64,000 bases of DNA from Eledone cirrhosa (lineage: Eukaryota): contig OZ024741.1 in NCBI GenBank assembly GCA_964016885.1, positions 187,798,001-187,862,000 on the forward strand, given 5' to 3'. This document shows positions 15,796 to 31,315 of this stretch, in pieces. The translations under genes were made by a program, and so were the position numbers. How positions within the stretch are numbered: position 1 is the first letter of the stretch; each line of letters begins with the position of its first letter. The notes under the pieces were generated by a model. The model worked only from the letters and a program-made list of their open reading frames with translations, did no database searches and was not told the origin of the DNA.

Positions 15796-15837
<42 letters not shown>

Positions 15838-15840
<3 letters not shown>

Positions 15841-15934
15841 GGTCTCCCAAAACATGTATACACACATTGATTACCTGCACAGTCAATATTTATTACAACG
15901 CTGTTGAAGTGTGTATCATTTTTGGGACACTCTG
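15838..15934. mobile_element. 97-bp Tc1/mariner MITE
   Basis: TA|cagggtctcccaaaa ... tttttgggacactctg|TA inside (TA)n. Confidence 0.7.
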
Positions 15935-15942
15935 TATATATA

Positions 15943-16015
<73 letters not shown>

Positions 16016-16255
16016 CATTATCATCATCATCATCACCATCATCATCATTGCGTCATTAATGCGTTGGAGATCATCAGTAAATTGTAACAAGGTTTTTCTC
16101 TTCAATGAAGGCAAGAGAAAGACAAAACGCAGATTCTTCGATGGTTACTGACGCCTATGTTAACCGCTTTCTACAACAACCTCGGTAGATGACGTAAGTA
16201 GAAAACTTACGTCAATCGTTGATCGAACACAGAACGCCCAACCTCGTCTCACCGT

Positions 16256-16410
16256 GAGAAGAAGAAGAAGAAGAAGAAGAAGAAGAAGAAGAAGAAGAAG
16301 AAGAAGAAGAAGAAGAAGAAGAAGAAGAAGAAGAAGAAGAAGAAGAAGAGAAGAAGAAGAAGAAGAGAGAAAAGAAGAAGAAGAAGAAGAAGAAGAAGAA
16401 GAAGAAGAAG
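16256..16410. repeat. (GAA)n microsatellite
   Basis: Direct observation. Confidence 0.97.
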
Positions 16411-16534
16411 ATTATATGTCTACCATCACAGCACCATCAATCTGTCACTATCGACCTCCGCTATCACACAACCACTACCACCAGTCTCATTAACCTCCAT
16501 CAACACTACACTAGCGCTACCATCACCACAACCA

Positions 16535-18190
16535 GTCCCACCACCACTGCTAACACTGCAACAGTCCCACCACCACACTACACCACCACACTACACCCCC
16601 ACCGCTACATCACCACTGCTACGTCACCACACTCCACACCACCTAACTCTAACCACCACTACACTTCACCACCACTACACTACAACACCACTACACTACA
16701 CCACTACACTACACCACCACCGCTACACTACACACCACCACACTACAACACCACTACACTACACCACTACACTACACCACCACCGCTACACTACACCACC
16801 ACTACACTACACCACTACACTACACCACCACGGCTACACTACACCACCACCACACTACAACACCACTACACTACACCACTACACTACACCACCACCGCTA
16901 CACTACACCACCACTACACTACAACACCACTACACTACACCACTACACTACACCACCACCGCTACACTACACACCACCACACTACAACACCACTACACTA
17001 CACCACTACACTACACCACCACCGCTACACTACACTACCACTACACTACAACACCACTACACTACACTACACACTACACTACACACCACCGCTACACTAC
17101 ACCACCACTACACTACAACACCACTACACTACACCACTACACTACACCACCACCGCTACACTACACCACCACTACACTACAACACCACTACACTACGCCA
17201 CCACTACCACCAATCTGTCAATATCGCCTCCGCTACCACACAACCATAATCACCAGCCTCACTAACCTCCATCAACACTACACTAGCGCTACCATCATGA
17301 CAACCAGTCCCACCTGACAACCAGTCCCACCACTACACTACACCACCACCCACACTACACCACCACCACTAACACTACAACAGTCCCCCACCAACACACT
17401 ACACCACCACACTATTCAATCACTACACTACACCATCACTCTACACCATAATATCATCGCTACATCATCACACTACATCATCACCACTACACCACCACCG
17501 CTACACCACCACTACACTACACCACCACCACCACCACCACCACTACACTACACTACCACCACCACCACCACCACCACCGCTGCTACATCTACATCGTTAC
17601 ACTACGACCGCTACACCAGCACCGCTACACCACCACCACCACCACTCTATACCACTAATCTACATCACCACCACTACACCACCACTACACCACAACTACA
17701 CTACACCACCACCACTACACCACCACTACACTACACCACTACCACCACTACACTACACCACCACTACACTACACCACCACCACTACACCTCCACTACACC
17801 ACCACTACACCACAACCACACTACACCACCACCACCATACTACACCACCACCACTACACCACCACTACACTACACCACTACCACCACTACACTACACCAC
17901 CACTACACTACACCACCACCACCACTACACCACCACAACACCACAACCACACTACACCACCACCACCATACTTCACCACCATCACTACACCACCACTATA
18001 CTACACCTACTACCACCACTACACTACACCACCACTACACTACACCATCACCACCACTACAACACCACTACACCACCACTACACCACCACTACACCACCA
18101 CTACACCACCACTACACCACCACTACACCACCACTACACTACACCACCACCACCACTACACCACCACTACACCACCACTACACCACGACT
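16535..18190. repeat. Complex CAC/CACTA low-complexity satellite
   Basis: Recurring ccactacactacaccaccaccgctacacta units. Confidence 0.92.
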
Positions 18191-18458
18191 ATACCCTCAT
18201 CTTGCGATCAAAGTACATTTATTACTTGAATGTAATTGTCTCAATACAGTTATTATCTGACCTACTGACACAACTACTGCTGCATCTGCTGTTGCTGCTA
18301 CTACTGCTGCAGTAACTACCACTATCACTGCACATATGTGCACTGTTAGTTGCAGCGTACATGTGCACTTAGTATGCATAGTAGTTCTATATAGAGAGTA
18401 GTTCAAGAAAGTTGCAGAAAGAGAGTTGTTACCATGCATAAGTGTTTCCGTCTGCCCG

Positions 18459-18602
<144 letters not shown>

Positions 18603-18715
18603 TTGCATGAGTTGATAGCTTTTGACATTGTCGGTGATGTTATGTAATATTCTGTGTATGTGTTGCAAAATCATACACACATATACACACACACAAATAT
18701 GTATGTATGTATTTA

Positions 18716-19673
18716 TGTCAGGTCGCTTTCGAGTGCTACTAGTAACATGTAACCCAGTACAACCTGTCTCAACTGGTCCTTGGCGACTAAACAGGCAACC
18801 CCATCAAGCTTACTTTTGTGAGGAGGGTGGTATTTGGACACCCTGCAGGATGAAATACAAGACCCGGCGAGGGGCGGAGCAACTCCGCAGAGTCAACGGC
18901 CATCCAAATAGTGCTTTCTTTTTTATATGGGAGTGAAAGACCCCCAATTGTTGTCACAACATCTTTCTAAGAGAAGGAACCTCTGAAAAAACTCTGCGGC
19001 TTCGGAAGCATCCGATGATGCAATGGCCATACTCGATAACGAGGAGGCAACCATCATGTATGTATATATGTATGTGTGTATATATATATATATGTCGGGT
19101 CACTCTTGAGTGCTACTGGTGACATGTAACCCAGTACAATCTGTTGCATGGTCGGATCGTCGGCGACTAAACCGGCAACCCCACCAAGTTTACTTGTTGA
19201 GGAGGGTGATTTTGGACACCCTGCAGGACAAAAAACAAAACCTGACAAAGGGCGGAAGAACTCATAAGAGTCAACGGTCATCCAAAAGTATGTAAATATG
19301 TATATACACATGTACATATGTATGTATATCCGCGGGGACATAGAAATAGCCGGGCTGGACACCCGATCGCGCGGTTAAGCCACTGGGAGTGAAGGACCCA
19401 TATCCTTTGTCAGGGCATTCTTCTAGGAGATGGCAACTCAGGAAACTGGGATAATCCGATATAAAACCTGCGGCTCAGTAGTTACCAATGATGTTGATCT
19501 TTTCTTCTTTTCGAGTTATAGCTACTGTCGCTCAGAGAGTGGGATTGGCTCAGTGCACAGTTTTTCCTCACTTTAAAAAATATCTCCAAGCACAGGTATT
19601 GCACGATAGAATTAATTAATAATTATTAATAATGGTGTATCGTGCAATGGCCATACTTGATAACGAAGGGGCA

Positions 19674-19680
<7 letters not shown>
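18716..19680 (+). mobile_element. Two tandem copies of an unclassified non-coding SINE-like repeat
   Basis: gagtgctact..acatgtaacccagtacaa...ggacaccctgcagga shared by 18716-19055 and 19095-19680; reverse copies at 46625-47030, 54590-54920 and 55030-55475. Confidence 0.75.
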
Positions 19681-19725
<45 letters not shown>

Positions 19726-19763
19726 TTGCGAGGTTTTTTATATGAAATCGTGTGTCGAAACAA

Positions 19764-20089
19764 ATATTGTTATACTTGGGGAGGATCATATTTGTGTAAT
19801 GATAAATAATATTGCCAGAATTAATAACAGAACACACTCACTGTTTGGTTGGTTTTCGCTTCTGTGTATTTTATATCGGTTAATTTAATTTATTCGATCC
19901 TCAATGTTACCATTGACTGACCAACGGTCAAAACTACAAATATAATATAGACACAAACACATATATATAAATTAAATTAACCGATATAAAAGACACAGAA
20001 GCGAAAACCAACCAAACAGTGAGTATGTTCTGTTATTAATTCTGGCAATATTAGTACACAAATATGACCCTCCCCAAGTATAACAATAT
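19764..20089. mobile_element. Fold-back remnant (about 125-bp arms) sharing its terminus with the PLE at 26.6-29.3 kb
   Basis: atattgttatacttggggagg... / ...ccctccccaagtataacaatat; the same terminal motif occurs at 26602 and 29328. Confidence 0.7.
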
Positions 20090-20170
20090 ATATATATATA
20101 TATATATAAATATATTTAATAATTCAAGAAAGAAGAGTGACATGGTTGGCTATACAATAAGGGCTTTATT

Positions 20171-20286
20171 CACATTGCTGACAATTGTTTCTTTGATCTG
20201 GTAGGTCTAGAGTTCGCTACTCGCTTGGTGTTGTGTCACTCGATCTCCAATACTTTGTTTATAACCAGTCGTTTCATCAGAGCGTG
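20171..20286 (-). ncRNA. Type I hammerhead with palindromic stem III and long stem II (family C)
   Basis: Reverse complement reads cacgct-CTGATGA-aacgactggt...accagatcaaa-GAAAC-AATT-GTC-agcaatgtg; ACAATTGT is palindromic. Confidence 0.65.
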
Positions 20287-21609
20287 CTAAAGTGAGGAAG
20301 ATACTCAAGGCATGGCTTTTATAGAGGAGTGGTATTAAACCAAAACAATAATATCAATAATAAAATAACTAGATACTGAATAGTTAAAATAATAACATCA
20401 ATATGAGTAAGAAATAGAGTATAATGATGAATCTAACATATTAAACGAACTGATATGATACAGATGTATGAAATTGACATGTGAAAACTGCTATAGGGTA
20501 CATTAGATGTAGTGTTAAGGTGGTGGAGAGATAACTGATAAAATGTACTTGGAGTCAGGATTTAGGAGGTATATGCGTGTGCTGTAGGTCTGAAAGCACA
20601 CAAGCAATAAACCGGAGATTTATTTATTGTGTGACAGATAAGTATTTATTGTGTGACAGATAAAACATAGTATCTTTCGTTCGCATGTTATCATTTTTGC
20701 AGGAAATACTGCTGGAACATGAGTCTTAAAATTAAATCCTGTTTGACCTGTTATATAATTTGTTTTGTCTGACGTAAATCAGGTCTACTATTTCGATTTA
20801 TGTCATGAGGCTTTCATTGTCATATATCAACGCACGTTAAGAAGTCTTTATTGTTATATATCAGCCCCATTTGGGAGTAAAAATAGTGTAATTGTTATTT
20901 GGTAAAACCATTACACCACTAGTTCGTTTCAATGTAACAAGTTCATGTCCGCTCGTGCGTATGACTGACGCCTTGATTGATACTTACTTTCTAAATCACC
21001 TGATCTGTGGTCCCTTACCTATTATCTGCCATGAACCACAATCTTTTATATCACTTGTGGCCTCTTGTTGGTTAAATGAAATCATAAATCAAGTTATTTT
21101 TAAAAAAAGCACTACTAGCTATATTTGAATGGTAAAAGTATAAAGCTAAAGTGAAAAACATGTAAGCAATACACGGCGAATTGGAAGATTTGTTAAAGCG
21201 TAAGGCAAAAGGCCTTACGGTATTTGTACCGGATCTCTGCTCTCTGTGTGTTCAGGTTTTGCTGAAATGAATTGTTAGGTCGACGAACAAGATGCTTCGG
21301 TGTATTTGTTCGGGCTCTTTGTGTCCTGGGTTTAGATACTACTGTGGTAAACTAATACGTCGTCTGGTTAAACATTATCACACCACCTTTGGGCAGTAAC
21401 ATACAGAGAGGGAGCAGAAGGCGCGATGGCCACGGACATTCATATAGAGACATGTGTTGGGACCATTTAACCTAAGAGTCACGCAGTTCTCCATTCAATA
21501 GGGCTAGTGAACGCAGCATCAACTTAAATTTCCCAAAAGCCCATCCAAAATGTGTGCCCAGTTTACTAGTCAGATCAAAAAACCGAGGAATTTATTAACT
21601 TGAAATTTG

Positions 21610-22100
21610 ATGCTTCTAGGGCGGGTAAAATTCCCGAGGTCCATGGACGAGTTCTCTCCAGCGGTCTCTGTCCCTCATTATCGCTGCCATGTCCTGCGTC
21701 TCCAACAGACCAGTGTCTGTCCTTAGGGCATCAACATACGTTAACCTTGGTCTTCCACTTCCAGTGTGTCTATGTAGGGGCTCCCACAGGAGCACTGAGT
21801 GCAATGTCAACTCTGGATGTCGGTGAACATGTCCAGCTAACCTCAGTCTCCTCTATGTCACTTTTGAGCTGACTTTTGATGCTTATTCTCGGATAAACTT
21901 AGACTATGATATGTACATGAAATGACACGTGGCATGAAATGTGTTTTTTTTACATTCACTCTGTCCACATATCTCACTATGCTTGGCACTTTTACTTCCT
22001 TTAAATGGTGTATACAGAGATTCAGATGTGTGCTGGGATCAAAGACAGAGACTACCCATACTGAGCACTGTTTCAGTCATGTTATTGAAATTCTAAGTCC
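21610..22100 (-). mobile_element. Degenerate RTE LINE 3' fragment
   Basis: VLLWEP..GRPRLTYVDALRTDTGL..MRDRDRWRELV. Confidence 0.75.
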
Positions 22101-22327
22101 CACCGGTTACCAATCCGCTGAGGAAAACAACAACTTCATTGCATGTATGTTTCTATGCATACGTTGCTTTAACGGTACTAAACTAAAAGTGGTTGGTTCA
22201 TCTAATTAGCGTATGTTGAAACCAGACCGCACTGTAGCAATGAACTAGGCGGGCGGCTTAACGATCATTCAAAAGTTGAGAGGTATGATGCATAGCAATC
22301 AGAATTTTCAGGAATACAATAAAAAAT

Positions 22328-22501
22328 AATTGTTTCTACTTTAGGCAAATTACCCAGTACATTACTGGTACTTTAGTTTATCGACCCCGTCAGGATGAAA
22401 GGCAAAGTTAACCTCGGCGGGATTTGAACTCAGACTGTAAAGGGACGTAACTATGCTAGAAAGCATGGCGTCCAACAATCTACCGATACTGCCAATTCAC
22501 T
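22328..22501 (-). mobile_element. tRNA-derived SINE
   Basis: Conserved core and B-box (reverse complement gagttcaaatccc). Confidence 0.88.
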
Positions 22502-22959
22502 AAAAAATAATAATAAAAGGAATTATAAAAGGAAACAAAAGGAAAGAAAGAATAGGGGAATATAGAAAAATAATATAGAAAAAAAATGAGGAGAGAAATT
22601 AAAAAAATAAAAAGATCGGGAATGGGAGGGGATGGCAAGAGCTTGGTGTCGCAGAATAGAGGGGCGGTGAAGGGGGAGGGTGATTGGGCTTTGGGTCTAG
22701 GGTAAGAGGGCAGAAGGGCTGCGCCCCGCTGATATGGTGGCAGGAGCGTTCCTCCGAACGATGGCCAGTGACAATAGCACGACTCAACGGTAGACAAAAC
22801 TGAATTACACGATTGATTTCTTTGTTTTAAAACTTTGAGTTTTAGGAGTATACAATCAAAGAATTGGCTCCTTGGTTGCAGGGCTCCCAGTATCACCAAA
22901 CCTCTGCAAGCATCAGGTCAGATTTCCGATTTAATTATGCCTTCTTTCTCCCCCAGCCC

Positions 22960-23075
<116 letters not shown>

Positions 23076-23340
23076 CTCGGAAACTCTGAAAATGGTCGTG
23101 AACACTTTCTTTCCCTCCTTGACTAATTAAGCAAAATAAAAAAAAATTAAATCTACAAATGTCAGCATGACCCACTAAGATATCTATGTGGCCTATTAAT
23201 AGGGCGTATGTACTACCTTGTGAATCACTGCACTAGATAAGTAGATGGTAGGAAAACTACTGAGTTGTCACCCTATTAACCCGGTCACAATAATCAACAC
23301 CGCCGTATCACTCCCACCTCATTACTACCATCTTCTAAAC

Positions 23341-23864
23341 CAGGGGTTCTCAAATTTTGGGACACCGCCCCCCTCATGGTCGCGTATTACCCTCAGCGCC
23401 ACCCAATCCTATTTCCAGAAATACCTGCCTACACGCAAATTGTAAATAATATATAAGTAAAATCATTAATTTATATATGATAAATAATTTGTTTCTACTT
23501 TAGGCACAAGGCCAGCTATTACCCAGTACATTACTGGTACTTTATTTTATCGACCCCGTAAGGATGAATGGCAAAGTTAACCTCGGCGGGATTTGAACTC
23601 AGACTGTAAAGGGACGTAACTATGCTAGAAAGCATGGCGTCCAGCCCTCTACCGATACTGCCAATTCACCATATACTATATATAAATAAATATATATTTT
23701 TTATTTTACTATATTTATATACAATATGTATCATTTGATATTTAATATACTATCATATCATCCCTAGCGCCCCCTTGGGCCCCAGCGCCCCCTGGACCTT
23801 CTCAACACCCCCCCCTGGGGGGAGAGGGGGGGGGGGGGGGTAGTGCCATCTATGAGAACCTCTG
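23341..23864. mobile_element. hAT-type MITE with nested SINE (23487-23671)
   Basis: TIRs caggggttctca / tgagaacctctg; 8-bp TSD ttctaaac / ctctaaac (7 of 8 match). Confidence 0.75.
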
Positions 23865-24099
23865 CTCTAAACGTTACAACTAAAACCTCCATTATCATCC
23901 CATTATTCCCTCCACCTACGCACATCAACATTAACCCGCCACCACTAGCACTACTGTATCACCACTATGAACAACCAGTACCACCACTATCAATCAGTAC
24001 TGTCACCACTAACACTAACACCACTACCACTATCACTATCGCCATTACCACCACCATCATCAAAATCAACACCATCGCTACAACCACTTAACTTATATT

Positions 24100-24675
24100 A
24101 GAGGGTTGGATACCATGCTTTCTAGCATAGTTACGTCCCTTTACGTTCTGAGTTCAAATCCCGCCGAGGTTAACTTTGCCTTTCATCCTTACGGGGTCGA
24201 TAAAATAAAGTACCAGTAATATACTGGATAATTTGCTGGCCTTGTGCCAAATGTAGAAACAATTATATTATATTGTGGATTGGCAGTATCGGTAGAGGAT
24301 CGGACACCATGCTTTCTAGCATAAAGTTACGGCCCTTGCCATTCTGAGTTCAAATCCCGCCGAGGTTAACTTTGCCTTTCATCCTTACGGGGTCGATAAA
24401 ATAAAGTACCAGTAATGTACTGGGATAATTGCTGGCTTTATGCCAAAAGTAGAAACAATTATATTTATACATCAAAAGTAGAAACAATTATATTATATAC
24501 GCAAAATATTCCACAGAAGGGCGGTGGATTGACAGTAGAGTTACGCCCCTTTACGGCCTGAGTTCAAATCCCGCCGAGGTTAACTTTGCCTTTTATCCTT
24601 ACGGGATCGATAAAATAAAGTACTAGTAATGCACTGGAATAATTGCTGGCCTTGTGCCAAAAATAGAACAATTAT
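24100..24675 (+). mobile_element. Three tandem tRNA-derived SINE copies
   Basis: ctgagttcaaatcccgccgaggttaactttgcc occurs three times. Confidence 0.9.
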
Positions 24676-25440
24676 ATTATATACACAGAATTAATCTATC
24701 CATCTACTTTCAAGACGAATGGCTAAACATTGGAAAAAGATTTAGTTGCTACTTCTATCAGGTGGAGCGACCGCATAGTGAGGCTAATTCGTTGACTTAT
24801 TGAATCAACAACTATTGTAGTGACGTCATTTCAACGGAAAATCCACCAACTTCTATGGTTTTCAGCAGTTTTCAAAGAAAATGGTATTAGTGTACGTGCA
24901 GAAGCAACATTAGACTAATGCGTGAACCCGGAGGTGTGATGACGTCAGCAATATGAGTAGCAGAGTTTCGGGGGCGAAATGATATTAACGCAATAAAACA
25001 GTCATGTGAAGCATGGCGTAACGATCCCATAGTAACCTCGTTTTGATATTCAATAGAAATGAAAATAGCGGTTGGACACAAATTCCGGATGACGTCATTG
25101 CTCCTTTAACAACGGAACTAAGTTTTACTTATCTACCTTATCTACCATTCTACTTATCTATCTTTCTTTCACATCTATTATTGCTGATCATTGCTTGGTA
25201 TTTTGGGAAATGCATTCTCCAAATCTAATATTAGTTTCTTGAAGAAATTTTGTAATATGTAATTACAATGTTTATTGATTTGTTGATTAATTAATTAATT
25301 AATCTACAAATAATTATTTATATTTTGGGATTGTATTTCGTTAAAACTGAAACGGATGTAGAAATTAATAAAATGATTTGTTTTTTTTTATTTTTACCTA
25401 AATTAAATTAAATTATATGTATATATATATTTATATATAC

Positions 25441-25479
<39 letters not shown>

Positions 25480-25488
25480 TGTGTGTGT

Positions 25489-25566
<78 letters not shown>

Positions 25567-25625
25567 GGTAAACAGAAATAACAAAAATAACAAAGCTAAC
25601 GGCACAGTACAGTAGTATAACGCTT

Positions 25626-25769
25626 GTAGAGAAGAGAATGTATGTATGTATGTACGCACACATTAACAAACGCATATACAAAAACAAACACAGTCACGCG
25701 CGTGTGTGTGTTTGTTTTTGTATATGCGTTTGTTAATGTGTGTACACATACATACATTCTCTTCTCTAC
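25626..25769. repeat. Near-perfect palindrome / long hairpin
   Basis: gtagagaagagaatgtatgtatg...caaacac / gtgtttg...catacatacattctcttctctac, centred on cacgcgcgtg. Confidence 0.9.
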
Positions 25770-26218
25770 CAATATCTATCTATTCACTCTAATATACAAC
25801 CTGGCTAAAGGGCCACTGTAAACTCAAAAAAGATTAAAGAAAGTTAAAGTTAAAAGCAAATGGCGACTTAAAAGAAAACCTTCAGGACATTAACTGACTG
25901 ATCAGTCGAATTTGTTCAAGAGCTTCACACATACAACTTGGCAACCATTACAAACCGAAGAGTTCGATTTACAGATTATTGGTAATAAAAGACTACAAAC
26001 AGCTTATATATCAGAAGCTAGGACTGAATACGGATTCAAAGAGCTGTTCGTTCTGCAATTCAAATAATCCACTCTACGATTTGGCCTGTTTTGTTTTCTT
26101 TTTATTGTTACATTGTTTTGCTGTTGTTGATGCTGTAAAAAACGTTTGCTTTTGTTGTCGAGAGTAATGGAGGTTACTTCTTGACGCTGTTGCGTTTGTA
26201 TTACATTTGTAATCGAGT

Positions 26219-26258
<40 letters not shown>

Positions 26259-26263
<5 letters not shown>

Positions 26264-26371
26264 AGTAAGTAAGACCCCGACGGCTGAGCTCAAGCCGTTT
26301 CGACGGCTAATTCTACAGAATTAGCCGTCGAAACGGCTTGACCTCAGCTGTCGGGGTCTTATTTACTCCTA
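26259..26371. repeat. Near-perfect palindrome (about 55-bp arms)
   Basis: aggagtaagtaagaccccgac...gctaattct ac agaattagc...gtcggggtcttatttactcct. Confidence 0.9.
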
Positions 26372-26449
26372 TTACCCACTCTACTACCCTAAGTATTGAG
26401 CGCTTTGGTGCGTTATGGTCCACCTGGTTCCTTACCACTTTTCCCTCGC

Positions 26450-26538
<89 letters not shown>

Positions 26539-26755
26539 ATATATATATATATATAAATTTGTTTAGCAAGATTTTTTATCTGAAAACGTGTGTTGAAACC
26601 GATATTGTTATACTTTGGGAGGGTCATGTTGCCAATAGGAAACACACGCACCAGTTGCTTTCACTTCAATTTATTATAATAAATTTATAAATTTAGGAAT
26701 TTATAAATTTCCGGTTGATTGGTTGGTTCCACAACCAGATAGTTGTTTATATATT

Positions 26756-26798
26756 GTCAAAGTTCTTTCGTCACACATTCTGTGACCTCTTCAGTGAC
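26756..26798 (-). ncRNA. Minimal hammerhead motif (family D), inverted arm
   Basis: Reverse complement of 29132-29174. Confidence 0.6.
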
Positions 26799-27049
26799 TG
26801 GGGATTCTTTTCTTTGTTTTTGTGCATCTCTTTTGTTCTGTCCTACGCAATTTTGTTTCTGTGTGTGTGTTGTGTGCTCAGTCTGCGCATGCGCCACATC
26901 CGGGTGTCTGTGTGTGTTTATATTCGTTTATTTATTTGTTTATTTACATGTTACAGGTTGGTTGTTTGTTCTATGTGTGTGTGTGTTTTCATTTTCTCAT
27001 TAATTGTAAGTTGTGATGTTGCTGTTCCACTCATATTTTCTATTTAATT

Positions 27050-28930
27050 TTGGTTCGAAAAGACCATAAAACGGGCAGTGACCCTGTCACGGGACCACCA
27101 ACACGGCCAGTCTGTGGAACTAACATTGCTAGTAACTACAGACTGTCCTACTTCCTCTCCCTGATCATACGCCCCATCATTGAAATGTCCCCAGATGTAT
27201 GTGACAGCACGGAGGACCTCCTCAGCAGAATCGGCGAGAGTAACCGATCTAGGGACCTAACAAACTGCATAATAGGTAGTATGGATGTTGTGTCCCTGTA
27301 TCCATCTATTGACGTGGATTTTGCTGTGGAGAAATGCGTAGAAATGATCAGTGAGAGCAGTGTTGAGTTCCATGGGATTGATACCAGTGAGCTGGGACTC
27401 CTACTTAAACTTACCTATAGTAATAATTACCTAGACACATATGACCTTAGCAACCTGTGCCCTACAAGACCAGCAAGAGGCAGACCACCTACCATTACCT
27501 CTATGGCCAAGAAAACCTACACAGATAGATGGAACGGGTGGACCAGAGCCATACGGACACCCGAAAACCACGATGAACTGAAGAAAATGATTGCACATGC
27601 GGTAGGGGCCAGCATAAAACTAAACCTTAAGGAACATATGTTCAAATTTAATGGAAAAACATATGCCCAAGAGGAAGGAGCAGCCATTGGTGTTAGCATT
27701 GCAGGCGACATAGCTAACTTATTCATGGTATAGTGGGACAGTAGACTTAAACTTAAGGAACAATTAGAAGACCCCTTAACCCTGATAATGTACTCCCGCT
27801 ACGTTGATGATATAAACATTGTAGTTAAAACACCCCCACTAGAGAACAGTCAGGAATTAGAGAAAAACACAATGGAAAGCATCCAGCAAATAGCTAACTC
27901 CATCCACCAGAGTATTAGAGTTACTATAGACTACCCAAGTAAACACCCCAACCATCGATTACCTGTACTAGACACAGAGCTCTGGTTAGATACCATTAAT
28001 AACAAAAAACAAATCCTCCATTCCCATTATGCCAAACCCATGACTTCCAAACATCTGATCCACCGAAACTCAGCTGTTTCGGACCATACCAAAATCAACA
28101 TACTAATTGCGGATTTGGTACGGGTGATGAGAAACGTGTCCCGCATGTGCAACCCCGAAGAACTAGAGAGACACATACAACACTTCATCCACCGTATGCA
28201 GTTCTCTGGTTACAATCAGAGAGATAAAATCAGAGTATATGGAGGAGCCAGAACCAAATGGGAAAAAATGGTAAATAATGATACAAATGGGACCTGTCCC
28301 TTGTATAGGAGCACATTTTGGAATAGAATAGAAAGAACTAGGAATAAGGCTAATAGAATAAACTCATGGTATGATAGCAATAAATACCAGAGTGTAATGT
28401 TCATCGATACAATCCCTAGAGGTGAATTAGCTTACAAATTTAGAAGGGCCCTAGATAAACATAAACGCAATATTAAGATAGTAGAAAGACCAGGTACCTC
28501 CGTAAAAACACTTATTAGCAAGACATACCCTTTTCAAAGATCCCCCTGTATAGATAAGAAATGTATAACCTGTAAATTAAGCCCCCATATTAACTGCAAA
28601 ACTAGAAATGTAGTGTATAGCATAAGATGTACTGAAGGACAATGTAGAGACAAAAATATAGTGTACATAGGTAAGACAGCTCGTAGTGTAGGGGAACGGA
28701 TAAATGAACACTGGCGAGACCTTCAAGATAGTAAAGAATCATCTGTACTCTACCAACATGCTAAAATAGAACATAAGGGTAAATTAGAGAACATAGAAAT
28801 AAAAATAGAATCTACACACAGAAAAGACGCAATGTTTAGACAAATCACTGAGGCAATAAACATAAAAGAATTACAACCAAAATTAAATAGAAAATATGAG
28901 TGGAACAGCAACATCACAACTTACAATTAA
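27050..28930 (+). pseudogene. PLE reverse transcriptase, Cys-rich linker and GIY-YIG endonuclease; one in-frame TAG at 27731-27733
   Basis: TRPVCG, IGSMDVVSLYPSID, QEEGAAIG, YSRYVDDINI, PVLDTELW, CxxxxCxxC..C, VVYSIRC..VYIGKTARSVGERINEH. Confidence 0.92.
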
Positions 28931-29131
28931 GGACAAAATGAAAACACACACACGCATAGAACAAACAACCAACCTGTAACATGTAAATAAACAAATAAAT
29001 AAACGAATATAAACACACACAGACACCCGGATCTGGCGCATGCGCAGACTGAGCACGCAACACACACACAGAAACAAAATGGCGTAGGACAGAACAAAAG
29101 AGAGGCACAAAAACAAAGAAAAGATTCCCCA

Positions 29132-29174
29132 GTCACTGAAGAGGTCACAGAATGTGTGACGAAAGAACTTTGAC
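29132..29174 (+). ncRNA. Minimal hammerhead motif (family D)
   Basis: gtca-CTGAAGA-g gtcaca gaatg tgtgac-GAAA-gaac-TT-tgac. Confidence 0.6.
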
Positions 29175-29328
29175 AATATATAAACAACTATCTGGTTGTG
29201 GAACCAACCAACCAACCGGAAATTTATAAATTCCTAAATTTATAAATTTATTATAATAAATTGAAGTGAAAGCAACTGGTGCGTGTGTTTCTTATTGGCA
29301 ACATGACCCTCCCAAAGTATAACAATAT

Positions 29329-31000
<1,672 letters not shown>

Positions 31001-31131
31001 TGATATAAAATATCATGTAATAATATGTATACATAGATATGTGTGTGTGTGGCGGGAAGTGTTCATATAGATGTATGGACGTATCTATACATATATTTAA
31101 ACACACGTCAACGCATATGTACATATAGTTT

Positions 31132-31315
31132 CGGTAGAGAGTCGGACGCTATGCTTTGACGCATAGATTTACGGCCCTTGCCATTCTGAGTTCGAATCCT
31201 GCCGAGGTGAACTTTGCCTTTCATCCTTACGGGGTCGATAAAATTAAGTACCAGTAATGCACTAGGTAATTGCACTAGGTAATTGCTGGCCTTGTGCCAA
31301 AAGTAGAAACAATTA
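31132..31315 (+). mobile_element. tRNA-derived SINE
   Basis: gagttcgaatcc B-box plus conserved core. Confidence 0.88.

Larger units (their letters stand above)
12515..15800 (+). mobile_element. 5'-truncated Penelope-like element with inverted pLTR (arms about 12515-13280 and 14945-15712)
   Basis: Long inverted repeat enclosing an RT C-terminus and a GIY-YIG remnant; both ends abut (TA)n. Confidence 0.88.
26556..29328 (+). mobile_element. Penelope-like element, 5'-truncated, with inverted pLTR (26602-27054 / 28875-29328)
   Basis: About 450-bp inverted arms, an HHR in each arm, RT+GIY-YIG between them, (TA)n flanks. Confidence 0.93.

Noticed and set aside
22847-22917. Possible 71-nt host exon (ttttag...gtcaga)
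   Set aside because: All three frames are open and no protein is recognisable; cannot be supported without transcripts
24100-24675. tRNA genes
   Set aside because: A B-box is present but there is no cloverleaf; these are SINE heads
25855-26065. Additional GIY-YIG C-terminal remnant
   Set aside because: Similarity is too faint and interrupted to call
27731-27733. Recoded stop (selenocysteine, as in Naiad PLEs)
   Set aside because: The codon is TAG, not TGA; a simple nonsense mutation is more likely
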